A DNA stretch of 63,593 bases, filler included, from Octopus bimaculoides (lineage: Eukaryota): the NCBI RefSeq assembly GCF_001194135.2. It is 5 parts of 5 records of this genome, joined end to end, with 100 filler letters (N's around TTAATTAATTAA, not from the genome) between each part and the next. Parts side by side here need not be neighbours in the genome. Positions count along the whole stretch, not along the records: positions 1 to 27,717 come from NC_068981.1; 4 more parts are not named here. One strand, 5' to 3'. The notes beneath the pieces are model-generated. The model did not search any database and had not been told where the DNA came from. It was given only the letters and a program-made list of their open reading frames with translations. The first letter of the stretch is position 1. Each line of letters opens with the position of its first letter. The translations under genes and the position numbers were made by a program. This document shows, piece after piece, positions 11,691 to 25,449 of this stretch.

Positions 11691-14600
11691 CTAGCGTTAC
11701 AAGGCCGGCCCTTTGAAATATAGGTGCTACTCATTTTTCCCAGCTGTGTGGACTGTAACATAGTAACATTGTGCAGAATATATAAAATTTTAATTTTTAT
11801 TTGTTCTTTTTTTTTTTGCTCGTTTCGTGTCAATGTACGTTTATGACTTACCATTATATGGAGTAAGATTTAGGAGGTAAGCTCTCGTACGGTCTTGCAT
11901 ACATATTTCTCAGCTAGTNNNNNNNNNNNNNNNNNNNNNNNNNNNNNNNNNNNNNNNNNNNNNNNNNNNNNNNNNNNNNNNNNNNNNNNNNNNNNNNNNN
12001 NNNNNNNNNNNNNNNNNNNNNNNNNNNNNNNNNNNNNNNNNNNNNNNNNNNNNNNNNNNNNNNNNNNNNNNNNNNNNNNNNNNNNNNNNNNNNNNNNNNN
12101 NNNNNNNNNNNNNNNNNNNNNNNNNNNNNNNNNNNNNNNNNNNNNNNNNNNNNNNNNNNNNNNNNNNNNNNNNNNNNNNNNNNNNNNNNNNNNNNNNNNN
12201 NNNNNNNNNNNNNNNNNNNNNNNNNNNNNNNNNNNNNNNNNNNNNNNNNNNNNNNNNNNNNNNNNNNNNNNNNNNNNNNNNNNNNNNNNNNNNNNNNNNN
12301 NNNNNNNNNNNNNNNNNNNNNNNNNNNNNNNNNNNNNNNNNNNNNNNNNNNNNNNNNNNNNNNNNNNNNNNNNNNNNNNNNNNNNNNNNNNNNNNNNNNN
12401 NNNNNNNNNNNNNNNNNNNNNNNNNNNNNNNNNNNNNNNNNNNNNNNNNNNNNNNNNNNNNNNNNNNNNNNNNNNNNNNNNNNNNNNNNNNNNNNNNNNN
12501 TGTGTGCATCATATTCCGGGATAATAATTTTCTTTGCCAAATAAATACGCGTACTATATATTCTTCATTTCAAAGTTATTATGTTTTTTTTTTTATTTTT
12601 TGTGCCCTTTGTCTTAAACTTTTCGCCGCACATAATGTAACCTCTTCAGCGTCTCTCCATTCCATAAGTCTCCATCCCTTGTATCTCCACCTGTTCTAAA
12701 AAGATAGAATGGGCTAAACAGAACAAGAAGAGTCATGTATGATGGAGAGTCGATGAAGAGGTCACAGCATGTGTGAAGAGATTCCGGTAAACATTTCCAG
12801 TCAATTCTCTAGTCTAAAGTACTCCATGTAGAATATATGTTTAGATCGCTTATTTTCACATTGTGATATCAAAATAAATTGTACTGTACACATAACTGAA
12901 GATGACAGATTCCCTTTTCAAACGAACTCTCTGTGTGGTCAGTACCTCATTACAATACATTTATCTATTCTTTTTCACATAATTATTCACTAGTAAATGT
13001 TAATATTTTTCATCTCAAATAACATTTTGCATTTCTTCATTGAACAAAGACTGAGTGAGTTTTGACTCGTATTCTTATTTACGTTCCCTTTATCTTGTCT
13101 TTTAAGATATTGCCGACGAGCACTTTTTGTCGGCGTTTCTCCCCTAATGTGCTTTAGAATTTTGCCTTTTCTTTTAGCATTTTCTCTGTTATTTTTTTTT
13201 CTCTTTATCTAAATTAACTTCACCAAGTGCAGCTCCTTGTTTGTAGTCTATGAATTTCTTAAGTGTAAAGAAAAATAATGATTATTGCAGACTTCTAAGC
13301 AAGTCGTGTAGATGTGCGTCTTGAACATGCTCTTCGTTTTTTTGTTCGCTTCCCTTTTGAAATATAGGTCTCGACAATGTTTACTGTAACGGGTCTCTAT
13401 CATAATATCGTTTTCTGTCTCCTGTCTGTACCATATTTTATATATACATATTTTACATTTCATACTTTTACATAAAAAAATTATTTGACATAACTTCAAT
13501 TAAAATGATTGCAAATCAGATCGCTGACACATTTAAAACAATGATGTTATTTTCGAAAGGTTTTTGCTAGTGTAATTTGATTGTTTTTCTTTTTCTGCTC
13601 ACTTCTACACATATTCTATGATAATGAGCCATACTACATTCCAAAGTGTATCCCTAGAGACACAGCAAAATACCAATGCTGTTCTAAATTTCTCCGGTCT
13701 CACAATTCCAAACCTCAAAATAAAAGAGAAGCGGTACACATATGAACATTCAATATTTCAGTGAGAAAACGGAAATAAAACCGGACAAATCTGAAAACGC
13801 TTTAATACAAGCATCACAATGTTCTGCTGCATAGAAATATTCAATAAGTATGATGCTGAACAGAAGGGAACAACGAAATACACTGAATATGGCTGAGTGA
13901 CATATACATCGCTCAGACCCCTGAACTATAATCAATGCAATATGTTGAGTATTTTATTTTGTCTTTTTTTTTGTTTAGTCATTCGAAATGCATTAAATGT
14001 TTTACAAATATTCTTGTTACGTTGCAACAGAATTTTAGAATATTTTACATGATTCTAGTTAAAATAATGAAATAATAAAAATAATGAAAAAAGTTGAGCC
14101 ATACTTTTGTGAGATTGAAAACTAGAGAAAAACATTAATAACTAACTTCTTCAACAGCCACCTGTCATTCACTGGTCCCCAACCACATTACTGTCTTTAG
14201 AGGCATTCTTGTTGAATGCCAGGCTTATTATATGTATGATACTGCTTAAAAGATGTCTAGTGTTACGGTCTATAGAACCTTTACAGTTACGGTCTGCTAT
14301 TTTCCATTCCGATGCTACAAAACTATATATTATGGCTGGCACTGTAAATGTGTTAATGGTATTTTTTCTAATTACATGACTTTAGTATTGTTTTTTTCTT
14401 TCTCACAAACTATTAATTTCTCGTTTATATTTGTATAGCTTTCACATTCATACACTATTTTACTTTCCTCTATGCTAAAGTATTTCAGAGAGCAGAAACG
14501 TTAAGCTCTTGTATTATCTCTATGGAATTCCAAATCATCTGTCCGAACAGCAAGTCTGCTTCATTGTATTGCGATTTTCCAGTCCAAAAGATATTTGAAT

Positions 14601-17552
14601 GTCTCTGCTAAATTGCCTGACATTACAGCGTTGAGTCTCTACTAATGAATGATGATAGGTCAATCATGAAGAGATGTAAAATGAGCCTGGTCATACTTCT
14701 CTTCATATAGTAACATAAATTGGATATCTTTAGTGATATGACCTACAGAGAACTAACCTAAACGAAAGTAAGGGCAATATATACAAACATGTATCAGTGT
14801 CTCAGTATATATCGGTATGAGAATGTAGTTTACAATTATACCTTCGATTGTGACTACAAGAACTGTATATAATGTTTTCGGTGGTAGCTGACGGAAATCC
14901 ATAATGATATCCAAAATCTGTGTACTTCCATCATCTTGATAAAAAATACATCCGAACCTAAATAAATGACATTCATATAATCAATCAAGGTATGAATTAC
15001 ATTATAGTTTAGTTTCTAGTCTCATCGTTCTATACGACCATGCTGATAATAGGCTGCTAATTATACCACATCCCCTTGATATACATTTATTCTATTCTTA
15101 GGAATTTTTCGCATGAAGTTTTTAAATTTAAAAAAAAAATCTGGATTTTAGGGTGAAGAGCTGTTTAAAGCTCATGAGTAGCAAATGGTGACGTAGTAAC
15201 AATATTGGTTACCTTCTGCTCATTTTTCCTTTTTAACAAATATTTGCTACAATTAGTAATACTTGGTCAGGAATATCCAATAATAATTTGTTAACTTTTT
15301 GTTTATTAGTACTATCTTTTACAAGAATTTACCCATAAGTTTTATCGTTTACTTGCTTTAGTCATTGACGTGCGGCCGTACTGGAGCACCGCATGAGAAA
15401 TATTTGGTCGAACAAATCGACTCCAGCACGTATTTGTTTTAAAAATACGTTCTTTGACTTTTGCTGAACTGCTAGTTTACGGGGATATAAACTCAAAAGC
15501 TGATTGTCAAGCAGTGGTGGGGTAAAAGCAGTATTTTTCACCAGTTTCGAAATCAGTCGATGTTTCCAATGGTTTTCTTTTTCAAGCTGACAGGGTGATA
15601 CAGGTTCTTTAACCCTCGACGACGGAGTAATAGGACACTGACGAAAAGTGATCAAATCTGAAATCAGCATTGATATGACTCAATCTTGCTTATCGTAGGG
15701 AAGGAGTATGTTTCCCTTCACAGCGGTTAGAAAAATGGTATATTATCTTCTGGTTACTTGTAGTGTTTACAATAAAGTATTATACACCATTATTGTTTAT
15801 GATCCCTCAGAAATAGTGCATGTGGCAGGATATTTTGTTTCAAGTTTGCCGTATTTTTCCTGTAATGCTTTTGCGATATGTATGTTGACTTCTTATTTGA
15901 ATTATCAATTCTTTAAAGTCAGTGTTTATGCGCGCCTAGTTTATAAGTATAGTTTTTTTTAAGGGAAAATGTTGTTTCTGTCGGTTTGGATGCAGATTGT
16001 GTTGTGTCTACGTTGTTTATGGTGGTATTGATGATTGTACTCTTCATACCTCCCAGGTTATTACGAGGGCAATTTCGTTCTTTTTTTCCTTCCCCCCGAT
16101 TCACTCTTATCATTAGAACAAGTCTGCACTTTTCCTTCTTGTCTTTGTTGAAGTACATATCTTGGACATCTGCAATGCGAGAGGCATGTCTTGTTGTGTT
16201 TCATTGGGGATAACGAAATTTTGCTGATGGTTGTGAATTTTTTCTCTTGTTGGTCCTATTGAGATTGGTCCTATTGGTCCTTTTGAGATTCTCGGTCTAT
16301 TTTCGATGCCGCTTATATTTCTGTTCTTGGTGCTTCTGTTATTGCTGTTAAAGTTGGTGATATTTCTCGTTACTTTGGCATTATAGCTAATATTGCAGTC
16401 ATGGTTTCGAAAGTAGGAAGGAATTCTGTGCATCTGCTGTGGGCTGAAGGCTTTCAAGTGCTTGTCATTGTCACATATATGAATCTAAGAATTCTGCACT
16501 CTCCATGATATGGAATCCTGTACTATTCAGCATTAGAATTCGATAAGGGTTATTTTACAGGATTTATTGTTTGAATGTTAGTAGGACTTCATGTCCTTTA
16601 CGAATCAGTTATGCCGATATTTCTTAACATGCAGGAGAATCACTTCGCTCTAAGTGTACTCATGATATGCCCTAAAAGTTGTCTAAATCTGGCGGCACAT
16701 CTAATATCTTCAACCTCAGCAACCATTTTCGAGATGTGTGGAAAAGAGGAATTTTACGCGGGCCTCGTAAATAATTGTAATTTTTAGCAACTGCCTTCCA
16801 ACTTGGGTATATGTAGTTATTTCTAGATATTAACTTTTGATTGACACGCCTTAGTAAATTATCATTCGTCTTGCTAACATTCTTTCTAAGTTTTAAGAGT
16901 ATCTTTACTTTTGGTTTGTGTAGCAGATCTTCATAAGATTTTTATTTATACTTTTATTCTTATTCTGTCACAAAATACTGGAATCTGTTTATTGCTGGTG
17001 TTACGAAAAGTTTCATTTCTTTGGAAACTGTGCTGCTCAAGATGTTGATCATCGCATTAGAACTTGCGATTGCGGTAGGGATATTATATTTAGCGAACCT
17101 AGTATTGGTCGTAGTTAAATATCTTTCTTACAGAAAATACTTTCTGCATCCCTGGTTATCAATCTTACTAGGAGATTTGTTTTAGAAAAAAAACCAATGA
17201 TGAACCTGGTAGTTATAATTACGAGCGAGTGACAGGACGAATCTAATCGATAACAACTGAACGAAGAATGCTACGAATCTGAGGGAAGCATATGCAAATG
17301 ATACGGCCATTGACAGATTTGTATGTGAAGATTTGGGAGATGAAAAAAAGGAAATATACTGATACGAGTAAACAAAAATCTAAATATTTCAAAAGTCGTA
17401 GAGGTATTAAATTTGAGATCAAGTAAAAGCAACACTGTTGGCTGTAACACAAATGCAAAACTGTTTGCATCCAATTCAAAGTAAGAAGTACATTGTTATA
17501 AATTTTTAAAAGTAAAGGATAAAAATATCGAATATTTTCATAATATAGGGGC

Positions 17553-17684
17553 ATGCGTGACTTCAGTTGCAAGAAGCTGCTTGCTTCCCAACCACATGGT
17601 TCATGGTTCAGGGTTCTACTATAGTCTCGGGCCGACTAAAGCTTTGTGAGTGGATTTGGTAAATTGGAGTTGATAGCAGCCCGT

Positions 17685-17690
<6 letters not shown>
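17553..17690 (+). mobile_element. 5' part of tRNA-derived SINE (family B), degenerate
   Basis: TTGCTTCCCAACCACATGGTTC..CTACTATAG..GCTTTGTGAGTGGATTTGGT is shared with the copies at 49161 and 53865. Confidence 0.65.
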
Positions 17691-17745
<55 letters not shown>

Positions 17746-17782
17746 GAAGAAGAAGAAGAAGAAGAAGAAGAAGAAGAAGAAG

Positions 17783-17814
<32 letters not shown>

Positions 17815-17874
17815 GAAGAAGAAGAAGAAGAAGAAGAAGAAGAAGAAGAAGAAGAAGAAGAAGAAGAAGAAGAA

Positions 17875-17905
<31 letters not shown>

Positions 17906-17928
17906 AAGAAGAAGAAGAAGAAGAAGAA
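17688..17928. repeat. Compound (TA)n(GAA)n microsatellite
   Basis: Direct inspection; explains the poly-R ORF 17646-17972. Confidence 0.95.
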
Positions 17929-18022
17929 TGAGGAAAAGAAGGGAGAATGAGAAGGGAATGCTGCTGGTATGATAGTAGTAGGATGTTAAATGGTCAAGTG
18001 ACCTAAAAGTGATTCGTTATGG

Positions 18023-18605
18023 ATTACAGCAATGATTCGGACTGTTTTTTAATGAATTTCTTGAGTGTATTATTTTTATTATGTGCATGTGTGTTTGTGT
18101 TATTCTAAGGCTGTGGTGGATATATCGTTTGTTGTAGATGCGTTCAAAAGCGGTCTGTATTTTTAATAAACAGAGTGTCTTTACAAATTCGCTGGCTACA
18201 GGTTGTATCGTCCCTGAATTGGTAGAGGGGGAAAATTCAGAATCTTGTATTTTTGTTACAATCACAATTGTCGGTGTGTTGGCTGAATGCTATTTTTCTG
18301 TTTTGGGAATTTTTCAGCCGACACATCGACATTTGCGCTAATAACAAAAATCCATGGCCGCAGTCAAAATCCAAGCTTCGAATATTTCCCCTCTACCAAT
18401 TCAGGGACGATATAACCTGTAGCCAATGAATTAGCAAAGAGATTCTCTTTATTACAAAATACATACACCTTGTGAACACATCTACAATAAACGACGATTC
18501 CACCACGACCTTAGAATAACACAAACACACACGCAAATATTAAAAGGATACGCTCAAGAGATTCACAAGAATTCATTAAAAAACAGTCCCAATCACTGTT
18601 ATAAT
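18023..18605. mobile_element. Foldback element / long-TIR MITE (~580 bp, centre ~18305)
   Basis: Arms are inverted copies over ~280 bp, e.g. 18193-18234 vs 18385-18425 (1 mismatch, 1 indel); GGACTGTTTTTTAATGAATT near both ends in inverted orientation. Confidence 0.75.
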
Positions 18606-18609
18606 ACGA

Positions 18610-19852
18610 ATGTATTGCGTTTTTAAATTTTGGAATCTAGTTTTTTTCGAGAATTCTATTCTTGAATGATTTTGGAATCTTTTTTTTTTTTCTCTAGTTA
18701 ATTTTAGTTAATTTTTGTTTATTTTCAGATCGTTAAAATGTAATGTCAAGTTAAGAGAAACGGGTAATTTTGACACACATTTCCTTTTGCTTTTACTCAA
18801 GGTTCTAAGGCCACAAAATCTGCTCCCGACATGTGCGCAGTGTATGGAGAGAGTGCCATAGCTGAAAGAACCGCTCGCGATTGTTATGCCAATTCCAAAG
18901 ATGGAAATTTTGACCTCAAAAGCGCACCTGTTCTGGTCGTCCAGTTGAGTTCGAAGAAGAGCGATTAAACTAACTTTTGCACGAAAATTCTCATCAAAAG
19001 ACGATACAATTGGCAGAGAAAATGGAATGCTCCCACACTGCTATAGAGAAGCATCTTCACTCAATGGGAAAGGTTAGGAAGTATGGAGCATGAGTTCCGA
19101 ATGCTTTAAAGGATACCAACAAAAAATCAATGAACCACAACCTCCGCTTGTTTGTTTGCTCGTCACCGCTCACCTCATGGACACAAGCAACGATTTCTTT
19201 ACCGAATCGTTACTGGTGACGAAAAATGGTGCATGTACATCAATATGAAGCAGCGTAAGGAATGGTTTAGTCCCTGTAAACAAGCGACACCGTGCGTGAA
19301 ACAAGATCTTCATCAGCGTAAAACGATGTTGTGCGTATGGTGGGACTGGGAAGGGAATATCCATTACGAATTGCTTGAACGGAGCCAAACGCGGAACTCT
19401 ATGTTCAACAGAGGGAACGACTCACCACGGCTATTCAAGAGGAAAGACCTAATTGTCAGCACGGAGTTCTTCTGCTGCACGACAACACCCGCCCACATAT
19501 CACCAATATGACCAAGGAGGACATTCAAACTCATGCCAGGGAAATGCTGCCACACCCACTGCACTCTCCTGATTTGGCACCAAGAGATTTCCACCACTTT
19601 CGATCTCTATCCAACGCTATGCGCGGAGTTTCGTTCAACACTGATGCAGAATTGAGAGCTTGGTTGGATAAATCGTTTGAGTCGAAATCGGGTGATTGCA
19701 ACCAACGAGGTATTGAAAATCTTGTTGAACATTGGGAATAAGTTGTAAACAACAAGTGTGAATGCATTATTGACTAATTAGTTGTTATTTTTTGTTAAAC
19801 CTTTAAAAAAATTTTATTTTAAAAATGGCGGGAACTTAGTTTCAGACTCAAC

Positions 19853-19856
<4 letters not shown>
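18610..19856 (+). mobile_element. mariner (DD34D) transposon, transposase pseudogene ~18738-19777
   Basis: IVTGDEKWCMY, VMLCVWWDWEG, LHDNTRPH, HSPDLAPRDFHHF motifs; ATG at 18738 is followed by a TAA mutation; right TIR-like end at ~19821-19856. Confidence 0.9.
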
Positions 19857-19890
<34 letters not shown>

Positions 19891-19957
19891 NNNNNNNNNN
19901 NNNNNNNNNNNNNNNNNNNNNNNNNNNNNNNNNNNNNNNNNNNNNNNNNNNNNNNNN

Positions 19958-20195
19958 NCGTGTGTGTGTGTGTCTGTGTGTGTGTGTGTGTGTGTATGTG
20001 TGTTTGTGTTTCTCCCCCCTACCATCGCTTGACAACCGATTTTGGTGTGTTTACGTATCGTAACTTAGTGGTTCAACAAAATAGACGACAGAATAATTAC
20101 CAGGCGGACAAAGAGTAAGTGCTGGAGATGATTTCTGCGACTAAAGGCGATGCCCCAGCATGGTCGCAATCAAATGATTGAAACAAGTAAGATAT
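19958..20195 (+). mobile_element. 3' half of SINE family B after (GT)n and a gap
   Basis: ACCATCGCTTGACAACCG..GACTAAAGGCG..CCAGCATGGTCGCA..GAAACAAGTAA. Confidence 0.7.
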
Positions 20196-20429
20196 AACCA
20201 CAGTAACGACATAGAAAATACCAAATGCGCTCTACTTATAATGACTGTTGACAACCCGAATCAGTAAAACTACATTTAATATCAAACTGGAAACAGCTGC
20301 CATTACTGGAAGATAAATTCAAATATATTAAAGTTGCCTCTGATTTATTAGATTGATATATTACAGCACAGAAGTTGTGCGTATGCATTCATAAATTTTA
20401 TATAACAGTCCTGAAGGGGACGATCGGGC

Positions 20430-20850
20430 TGAATCTATAACAAGCCGAGCAAAAGACTTAGTAGTATTTCGTCCGTCTTTAAACTCTGATTTCAAATTCG
20501 CCCGAAGTCGATTTTGCCTTTCATCATTTCGGGATCAAAAAAATAAATGTACCAGTTGACCGCTAGGATCGTTGTAATCGACTTATCCCCCGTCCTGAAA
20601 GTGCTGACCATGCGCCAAAATGTGAATCTATACGAACAATGTGGAAGGTGACGTGCTGGCAGAATCGGTAACACGCCAGACAAGCTGCTTAGCAGCACTT
20701 CGTCCATCTTTACGATCTGAACTTAAATTCACCGAGGTCGGCTTTGCTTTTCATACCTGTAGGGGTTTGTAAAATAAGTAACAGTCGAGCACTGGAGTTG
20801 ATGTAATCAACTTACCCCCACACACACCAAAATTGCTGAATTTGAGAAAA
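20430..20850 (+). mobile_element. Two tandem degenerate tRNA-derived SINEs (family C)
   Basis: The motif CGAxGTCG..TTTGCxTTTCATx..AAAATAAxT..CAGT..GxTGTAATCxACTTA occurs twice; head GCTGGCAGAATCGGTAACACG at ~20655. Confidence 0.55.
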
Positions 20851-23044
20851 AATCTAAAACCGATATTAATAGTCCTGCTTAAATAACTGACTTAAAACGA
20901 TCGCAATTTCTGAAATGTGAGAATAAATATAGTTTATTGCACAACAGAACTTACGCATTTTCAAGAAATATTTATTTTATTAAATTTATATATAAGAAGA
21001 AACGAATTTGCCACTAAAGAAAGAAATTTTGATTTCAGTTTCAATATCGAAATATAGTGGAGTTACCCAGCTGGTTTTATGGTCAGATTTTCAGTCGTTT
21101 TCTTGCATCTATTTATAAAGATATAAAATCAACATGAGTTAGGAAATATTATTTTGAAAGTATAGGTAGAAAATAACATAAACCACAATGTAAAGTTTTA
21201 AATAAATAATAGTTTGTGATAAATAATCTAAGTTTGGAAAATGTTAAAGTTGTTAAAGTAGATACTAAAATCTGGTAGTGTTAATTTAACAGTGTCTGTC
21301 TCTCTAATCAACGTCAGATTGACTACTAAAAATTATTTAATGTTACACCCGGAGCGTCATATAATCGATAACTTTTCAGATTCAATTTTCTATAAAACTT
21401 TGATTTAGATGCTCTGTAGAATAAAAGTAGAATTATAGAGAATGTCTGACAGTAGTGAAATGGTTTGCAGATATGATAAACATCAGATATGATAAATGTA
21501 AAGTATTATACACACAATTAATACAGACGTATTACATATTATGTGTAAGTTGACATAATGCAGTGCTTTTTTTTTTCTTAATTCATGATAAATATCAACT
21601 GACGAATAAAATTAAGAAAATGAAAATATTACTGTAAGCTTCATGTTTCAAAATATGAAATTTCTTCCACACATAATATAATATTAAAAACCATCCTTCT
21701 CTTTTTACATTTTCTCTTTTGCATACGAAATTGCTGTATATAAGCGCTTATGTAAATTTATTGGTGATTCTTATCGAAGAAATGATTTTTATTAACGTTG
21801 CTATTGTCCTCGAAATGAAACAGTCATGAACAGAACAAAATCTGTTTTCTTATCCTTTGAGACGTTGTGCATTGGATGTAAGTAAAAATCAATACTTTAG
21901 GTTATATAGAGTCATTTCTTTTGCTCAAGTCTATTTGATGCTTCATTCGAAAACTAAAACTCGATCAGTTTGTTAAAGTATAATGGCTGTTAGAAAACAC
22001 TTCATTGATATAAATGGCTCTTTGATAGTATAACATTGACTTTAAGGGAAGAACATATATTTTTTGTCTGATTTGTCTTAACAGCTTTCAAACTTCAGTA
22101 AGCTTTCAAAAAGAAAAAAAAATGCGTATTAATTTTCAAATGGTTGCTCCGGCATGCTGGAAGATATTCTTTTTATATTGCCAGCGAAGTGTTTAAGAAA
22201 TATTGACTCGTACAACTTCAAAGAACTGTTCATGTAGTGGAAATATGACAACTAGCTTCTTCATCGACTCCTTTACTATATAACTTTCTCGTTCACATCA
22301 CATATTTTTAATGAAACTAATTTAGTTATAGCTTAATAGTCTGCTGTTATTTAGATCAAAATCAACGCTTTTGAAACACGCATTGTCGAGAAGTTATAGA
22401 GAGGGCCACATTGTCCAATATTCTTATTTTTGAGATAATGATTAGATAGGTTACGATGTGATGTAGTTTGGCTGTTATTTCAAAGTTGAATTGCTGCATA
22501 GATGTTCACTCGCTAGCTATACTTAATTCTAGTGTTCAAATCTTGCGGAGGATGTGTATGTTGTCTTCGTTTCGGGGTTGATAAAATAAGTACTATCTCT
22601 TACTGAGTTCCATGTAATCGACTAAACACTCCAATGCCAACATTAGTTGCCTTTACTTACAGTAGTAAACATCATAAATTTATGTATATTGACAGCGAGA
22701 TCGAAGATTCGAACAAGCGGCAAAGAAATTCCTCGTGATTTCTTTTCTTTCCGTCAGCTTATGTTAGAAGATAACATGTTACCAAGACCAAGCTTGTCTT
22801 TCAAACATTCGATGGATTGTAACACCTAATTCTCTTCACTTAAAACATCTGACAGTGTGTCTCAATTCAGAACACATTATACAGGGTGGTGGATTGGCAG
22901 CATGGTTACTGTATCAAATAAAATGATTTGTGCTGTTTGTAGTTTGGTTATTCATAATTTGATTTCAAATGGTGTCTTGGTTGGTCGACTTAACATTTCC
23001 GATGTCGATAAAATAATGTAGAAGTCAACTACAAGGGTCTACAG

Positions 23045-23321
23045 CAGTGTTTCTCGACATTATACCCTTGCGTAATAACTAAAATAAAATACATGTCGCA
23101 AGGGACACCTGCGCAAAAACAAAATATATACCATACCTTTCTCATATTTTGTCATCGTAGTTCACGTGGTAAATATCATATATATATATATATGTGTGTG
23201 TGCGTGTGTGTGTATATAACGATCATCAAATTAGCATTAGCTAATTAGTCTTTCTCGTGGCACACCTAAGAACCTTTTGCAGAACACTAGGGTTCCGGAG
23301 AACTCCGATTTAGAAACGCTA
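23045..23321. mobile_element. Probable degenerate hAT-type MITE
   Basis: Ends CAGTGTTTCTC.. and ..TAGAAACGCTA resemble hAT TIRs; no TSD found. Confidence 0.35.
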
Positions 23322-25383
23322 CAACATCAACTAAAATTATATCGTAAATATCTTGCCTCGCTAGAGTCAATTACCAAAAAATATTCTGAGATCTGTTATT
23401 TGTGGAATCATTAGAATACCTGAGAAAACGCCCTTCCATTGCGTTGTCAATTCAAATCTCACCACAATTTTTTTTGCCCATTATTCTGGACTGATGCAGT
23501 TATGTACAACTCAGATACTGATATTGATTTAATTGGCTAACACCATTTTTGAAATTTTAGGTCCACGTTCTAATATTTGAATCAATTTAGTTATGGGAGT
23601 GAGGTATAGAGTTTTTACATGAAATGTGCATTTATGGGTTTGCTATAAAAGATATTATGTTAGATTTAAACTTTGTCCGTTATATCTATTTTACTGCCTT
23701 TCTAGTTTTAGCAAGATATATGTGTAAAAATACTTTTAATGATGAGGGATATTTAAGAGGTACTTAATGGATCCACCTGGAAGCGTTTTGCAGATAGAAA
23801 TCTTTGTAATGCGGACTGCAATTCCTTTACTCTGTCAGGGCTAATCACCGACTAAACAACAGAACAATGACAAGTGTACAGAGGTAAATATGATAGTACT
23901 AAGTGTACTTCTTGAAAATGGAAAAACACACCGCTACACAATTTTTCGATGGATATCAGGGAGTAATTTATGATCTTCACCGACGAGGTTGCAGGGTATA
24001 TTTGAAACAATAGATGTGTGTGTCTTTGATAAGCACCCGATGGAAACATTTAAGATATTCAAGATAGAAACTTATTGTCAGATCTCAGGCAACGCTATAT
24101 TATAAATATCACCTTTAGTAATATCAACACAATTTACTATAACGCTTCATCCTTATTAATGGAAACGTTTCCATTAATAGTTGGACATTTCCATTAATAA
24201 ATACATCAAGCAAATAATAAACAATATACATCAACAGAAACCCAAACGAATATTCAATATGTCATACTTCCCAATATGTTTAATCGCGCTGCACAATGAT
24301 ATTTTCAGATAAAAGGGACTTGCAGAAAACATGAAATCTATACAATATCAACAGAGAAAACAACGCAGATAAACATTAACCCGTTCCTTCAATCTTAAAT
24401 TATGAATGTAGAATCCAGTAATGTTCCGGATGTCACTGGCATTCATAAACAAGTATTCCTCAAAACCTTTGTGCCCTGGAAAGATAGATAAAACTTTGCC
24501 TCTTCAGGTACGAATTACCCCGGATAGGTAAAACTCAATAGCAAACAAAAACCGACAACCATGTAAATCTTAACAGCTAAATTTTGCTAAATCATATTCA
24601 CATTCTGCCCACTCAATAGATGTGTCTAAAGTACACCGTCAACAAATAGAAGCATTAAAAGAGAGAGGATCAAAGAAGGAGAGAGAGCGTCTACATGCGC
24701 GTATTATGTTCATAGTCAGCCTTAAGCAATTTATTGCATAATGCATTCTATAACAAAATTTCATTTGTTGCATAAACATTGAAGCGTTGAAAATATAATG
24801 TTATGTGTAGACTACTGTAGTTGTCAAAACAAGCCTTGTTGTCATTGAGCTACACAGGTACTATCAAGCAATATTTCACACTCAAGTAAGACATGGATGC
24901 TCTAAGAAAAAAAGCGTGAAATAACGAGAAAAATAGAAAAAACAAGAAAAAGGAACGAGAAAATGAAAGGTTACAGATAAGGGGAATAAAAGATAAGTCT
25001 CTTCAGTCTGTTAGAAAGAGAATTAACAATGAACAAATATTGGTAAGTTTAAACCGGTGGTGAAAAGCTAAATTAATTAATGCTATATGCCAAATTCGGA
25101 GAGGGGACTGTTCTCTAATTGGATACTAGAAACTATGCAAGATACTTGCATCTTGTGATGATTTCCGATCTCGAGTTGAGGAGACACGATTCAGAAAATA
25201 GTAATATTAGTATGTACGGACTCATTTGCAAAGTATCATTCTCATTCATCGTGAAAATACTTATTAAATTGCAAATTGCAATCCGCAGGATATATCCGGT
25301 TATATATGAGAGAGGAGATAATTACTGCATTTCTCACAAGGTGAAAAGTTGAAACATTTATCATAATAATAATAATAATAATG

Positions 25384-25429
<46 letters not shown>

Positions 25430-25449
25430 TGAACAAAAAATTATATCAT

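Noticed and set aside
10107-12540. Long ORFs spanning N runs or microsatellites (also 17646, 25792, 34773, 35245, 40044, 54790, 56014, 60925 and others)
   Set aside because: They are open only because of Ns or simple repeats and have no protein-like content.
13819-13896. IFNKYDAEQKGTTKYTEY, vaguely EF-hand-like
   Set aside because: Short, bounded by stops, lacks key ligand residues and has no compatible splice sites.
15919-16457. Overlapping minus-strand ORFs with N/R-rich composition
   Set aside because: No recognisable domain; more likely a decayed repeat than a gene, but not assignable.
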